Source: Malacoraja senta (lineage: Eukaryota). Taken from it: DNA of 64,000 nucleotides. The notes below the pieces were generated by a model. It worked only from the letters and a program-made list of their open reading frames with translations, ran no database searches and had not been told where the DNA came from. The stretch spans positions 62,868,001-62,932,000 of the forward strand of contig CM075982.1 of the NCBI GenBank assembly GCA_038087875.1, read 5' to 3'. Numbering within the stretch: the first letter of the stretch is position 1; every line of letters starts with the position of its first letter. The position numbers and the translations under genes were made by a program. Below are positions 61,211-64,000 of this stretch, piece after piece.

Positions 61211-64000
61211 AGTGACATCTTACTCCTAATCAATTCTTTATAGCCACGTATCAATCAGCGTATTCCATGTAATATCCCCCCCCAAAAAAGTCACTTTAAA
61301 ATACATAAGCATTCAATTTTAAGGTTTAGAAGAGAAAACTAAAGGCAAATGCTTCTGTTTGGTAATTGGTCAATAATTTGAAATAATTTCATGCATCTAT
61401 CCTTAAGTCATGGAAAAAAAGAAGAAACTCCAGTCCTTTCATATTGGATTTAATTCCATTCTTGAGCTCACATTAAATATGCTGTGACGACAACAGTTCC
61501 AAATGCCAATTCAGTTAAGTTCTGCTCAGGGCAGCAAGGTAAAAATCTCTCATGCTTTGTAATTTGGCTGATAACCCGTTTCAGTGGAAAAAATCAATCT
61601 GAGGGGATTAGAAAGGTACTTAAAGGTTGACCTAAAAACATCACAGGTCATGAGAGGTAATTTGTGGACATCACAATGCCGTTGAGTACATTTTTTTGTA
61701 TTAAAAAGCGACGTATTATGAGTGCAGAGCAAACAAGGTAAATGCACTGTTGGAGGGCTACATGCTGCAAAATGTCTCATTTTGCTAATTCTATGTGAAT
61801 ATTTCATTGTAGCCTCTCCAGTCGAGTTGTAATGTGAAAGGTCTGAAATCGGAGAAGTAGCTAAAGTATTAACTTTGCCTAATTTAATATTCTAATGTGG
61901 TATTAGAGTTTCTAAGGCATGCCATATTTTTATTTACTTTTTGAGTTAACCAAAAGCGATACAACGAGCTAATTTCATCTTGGATCTCCTTGTATTGATT
62001 TGTGGGTGATCTTTAAACTGTCATTTAGAGATGAATACCCATTAATTTGCCAAATAAATACTTTAAAGACAATTTCATGATTTGAATGATGACTACATGG
62101 TGCTGATCCAAATATTGCATATAGCAGTTCATTAAGCTTTGTATTGTGCCAGCATTAAAATAAGAATCAACTTAACCCTTGACTGGGATAATAGCTGAAC
62201 CAGAAATGCTGTTAATTGTAAAATATTCCTATTCAATTGGTACACCAAGAAAATTATTTTTGGGATAGGAATGTAATTTTGTTGTAGCTTTTCTTTATAC
62301 ACAGTATGTTGCGCCTCTTAAATATTTTAAGTGGTCCATTCAAAATTGTGCTTGGAAGATCATCTGAATCAAGTGGATTTCATTTTGCTGCATTGATTGG
62401 AAATACTATAGGCTACAAGTTGCTATAAATTTCTGAAAATCAAGTTCACTCACTGACTAGTTTAAGGCTTCCCTTTAGTATGACTGGATTCTTAAGCGCA
62501 TTAAGAATGAGGAGTCGTTCATCTAGTGTGGATCCTTTTCTGTTATTGGAAATTAAAAAGGTAAAGCTAATTTGTAATAGAAAGAGGGACCATTTTGTAA
62601 ACAATACTGAAAATGCCACTAATTTTCAACAAAGATCTTGCATTGGTTAAATTATAAAATCAGTCACTGGCACAAGCTTTTTATTAAGTTAGCTATGGTT
62701 TTAAATAGATAATTCATTGGTGACTATTTCAATTTATGAACTAGCTGTAGCATATTAACTGAAAAGTATGAACAGGTTAATGGTGTATGGGTGCTACTAA
62801 AACGTAGGCCAACCATATTAGTTTTATCACAATTGGAAATCATGCATCAGCTATCACACATACACAGTAAATTTTAAATGCACTGGTACAGTTCATACAT
62901 TTGACGAAATAACTGGCATCTGTAAGGTACTCTCGTCAATCAATATGATTTAACCTTTTCTACAAAAATTGTCTTCTATTCAGATTAAATTAAATACCAG
63001 AAAACATTAGCAAAGTTACACAAAATTAAATGTCTTTCCCATAAATTGGCAGTCCTGAGCCACTTTCAAAGGTGAAATTATATTGAAATTGTACCAATAG
63101 AGATGGGTGTCATTCCATAAATGTATATCTTTAATATAGATAAATATTCGTGCTTCTTTAAAAGTAATTTTCTCACTAACCTAATTGATAGCTAATCATT
63201 TAAGTCTTTCAGTTTAATTGAAATACAAAATGTACACTTGATAAATTAGTGAATGGCAAAAGTTATGCTGGATTAATTGGATAATAAAGAGACAATTTAA
63301 AACAAATTACAGCATTGATCAAGTGGAATACAAGTAATGCTCAATAGTTTTACACCTCTACATTGGTACAGCATACACAATAATTCTGTCTGCAAACAAA
63401 TTTGACATTACACCTGGAGTCAATTTACAGAGTAACAATGTTCTCAATTTTAATTCAAAGACATCAGCACAAAATGTTTATTCTACAAAACATTATGTAG
63501 AAGACGAATTACTGTTGGTCATTTTCACCACCATTGTTAGGATGACGTTTGTAAAGGTTTGAGCGATTTGCTGTTATAAATTCCGCACGTTAGTGATAAC
63601 TTCACTTTTAAAAACGGGATCAAATTTTGATAAGTCTGGTCCAATCCATATTTTTAAGGCTGATTTTATGCAAGCATTTATCACAATGCCAATTTTGTCT
63701 TACTTAACAATCCTTTCAAACCATTTCCTTTTCTTGTCTAGTTTGTATCATTTACAACTGCTGCCAAAGTTTTGGCTATGGCTGCATTACTTAACAGGAA
63801 CAGATGTTTCCTGTACCTCTACTGCTGGGCAAAAATTACATGTTAAATTGACAGGAAGTGTGTAGTGTTTCCATGATATAAAACTGATCCTATTAAATTT
63901 ATAACATAGCCTTCTGGAAGATAAAACAATGTTGGAGAATTGTGCTGTTGGGATAGATATCTGCATAAAATGAATCACTTTACCATTAACCTATTTGCTT

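Noticed and set aside
61550-64000. Terminal exon or 3'UTR of a convergent gene (BCAS4/PARD6B expected by synteny)
   Set aside because: No reading frame I could recognise; short ORFs look random.

Overview
Vertebrate genomic DNA, most likely a cartilaginous fish (shark, skate or ray), inferred from the HE1/V-SINE-like, CR1 and Penelope-derived repeats and from how diverged the proteins are. Two + strand genes lie in tandem, as in the human DPM1-ADNP block. The first is the last four coding exons of DPM1 (4654-20145). The second is ADNP, with a compact promoter at about 26.7-26.8 kb, a ~20 kb non-coding 5' region and three coding exons (47690-53496, 1296 aa). The DPM1 intron at 4750-15083 is packed with transposons: a 1.47 kb non-autonomous Helitron that appears to carry a captured first exon of ALG13, a 670 bp foldback element, and a CR1 LINE interrupted by a young, almost intact 4.74 kb Gypsy LTR retrotransposon. 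Elsewhere there are many CR1/SINE fragments, a family of short palindromic Penelope-derived elements with hammerhead-ribozyme cores and 10-15 bp TSDs, a decayed full-length Tc1, and a 200-N gap. Best leads: (1) Helitron capture of ALG13 exon 1; (2) a 36-bp/12-aa repeat expansion in ADNP that carries four PxDLS-type (CtBP-binding-like) motifs, in a protein that lacks the mammalian NAP and ARKS motifs; (3) the hammerhead mini-elements; (4) an anomalous DPM1 splice donor. Gene identities come from my recall of protein sequences; no database search was run.
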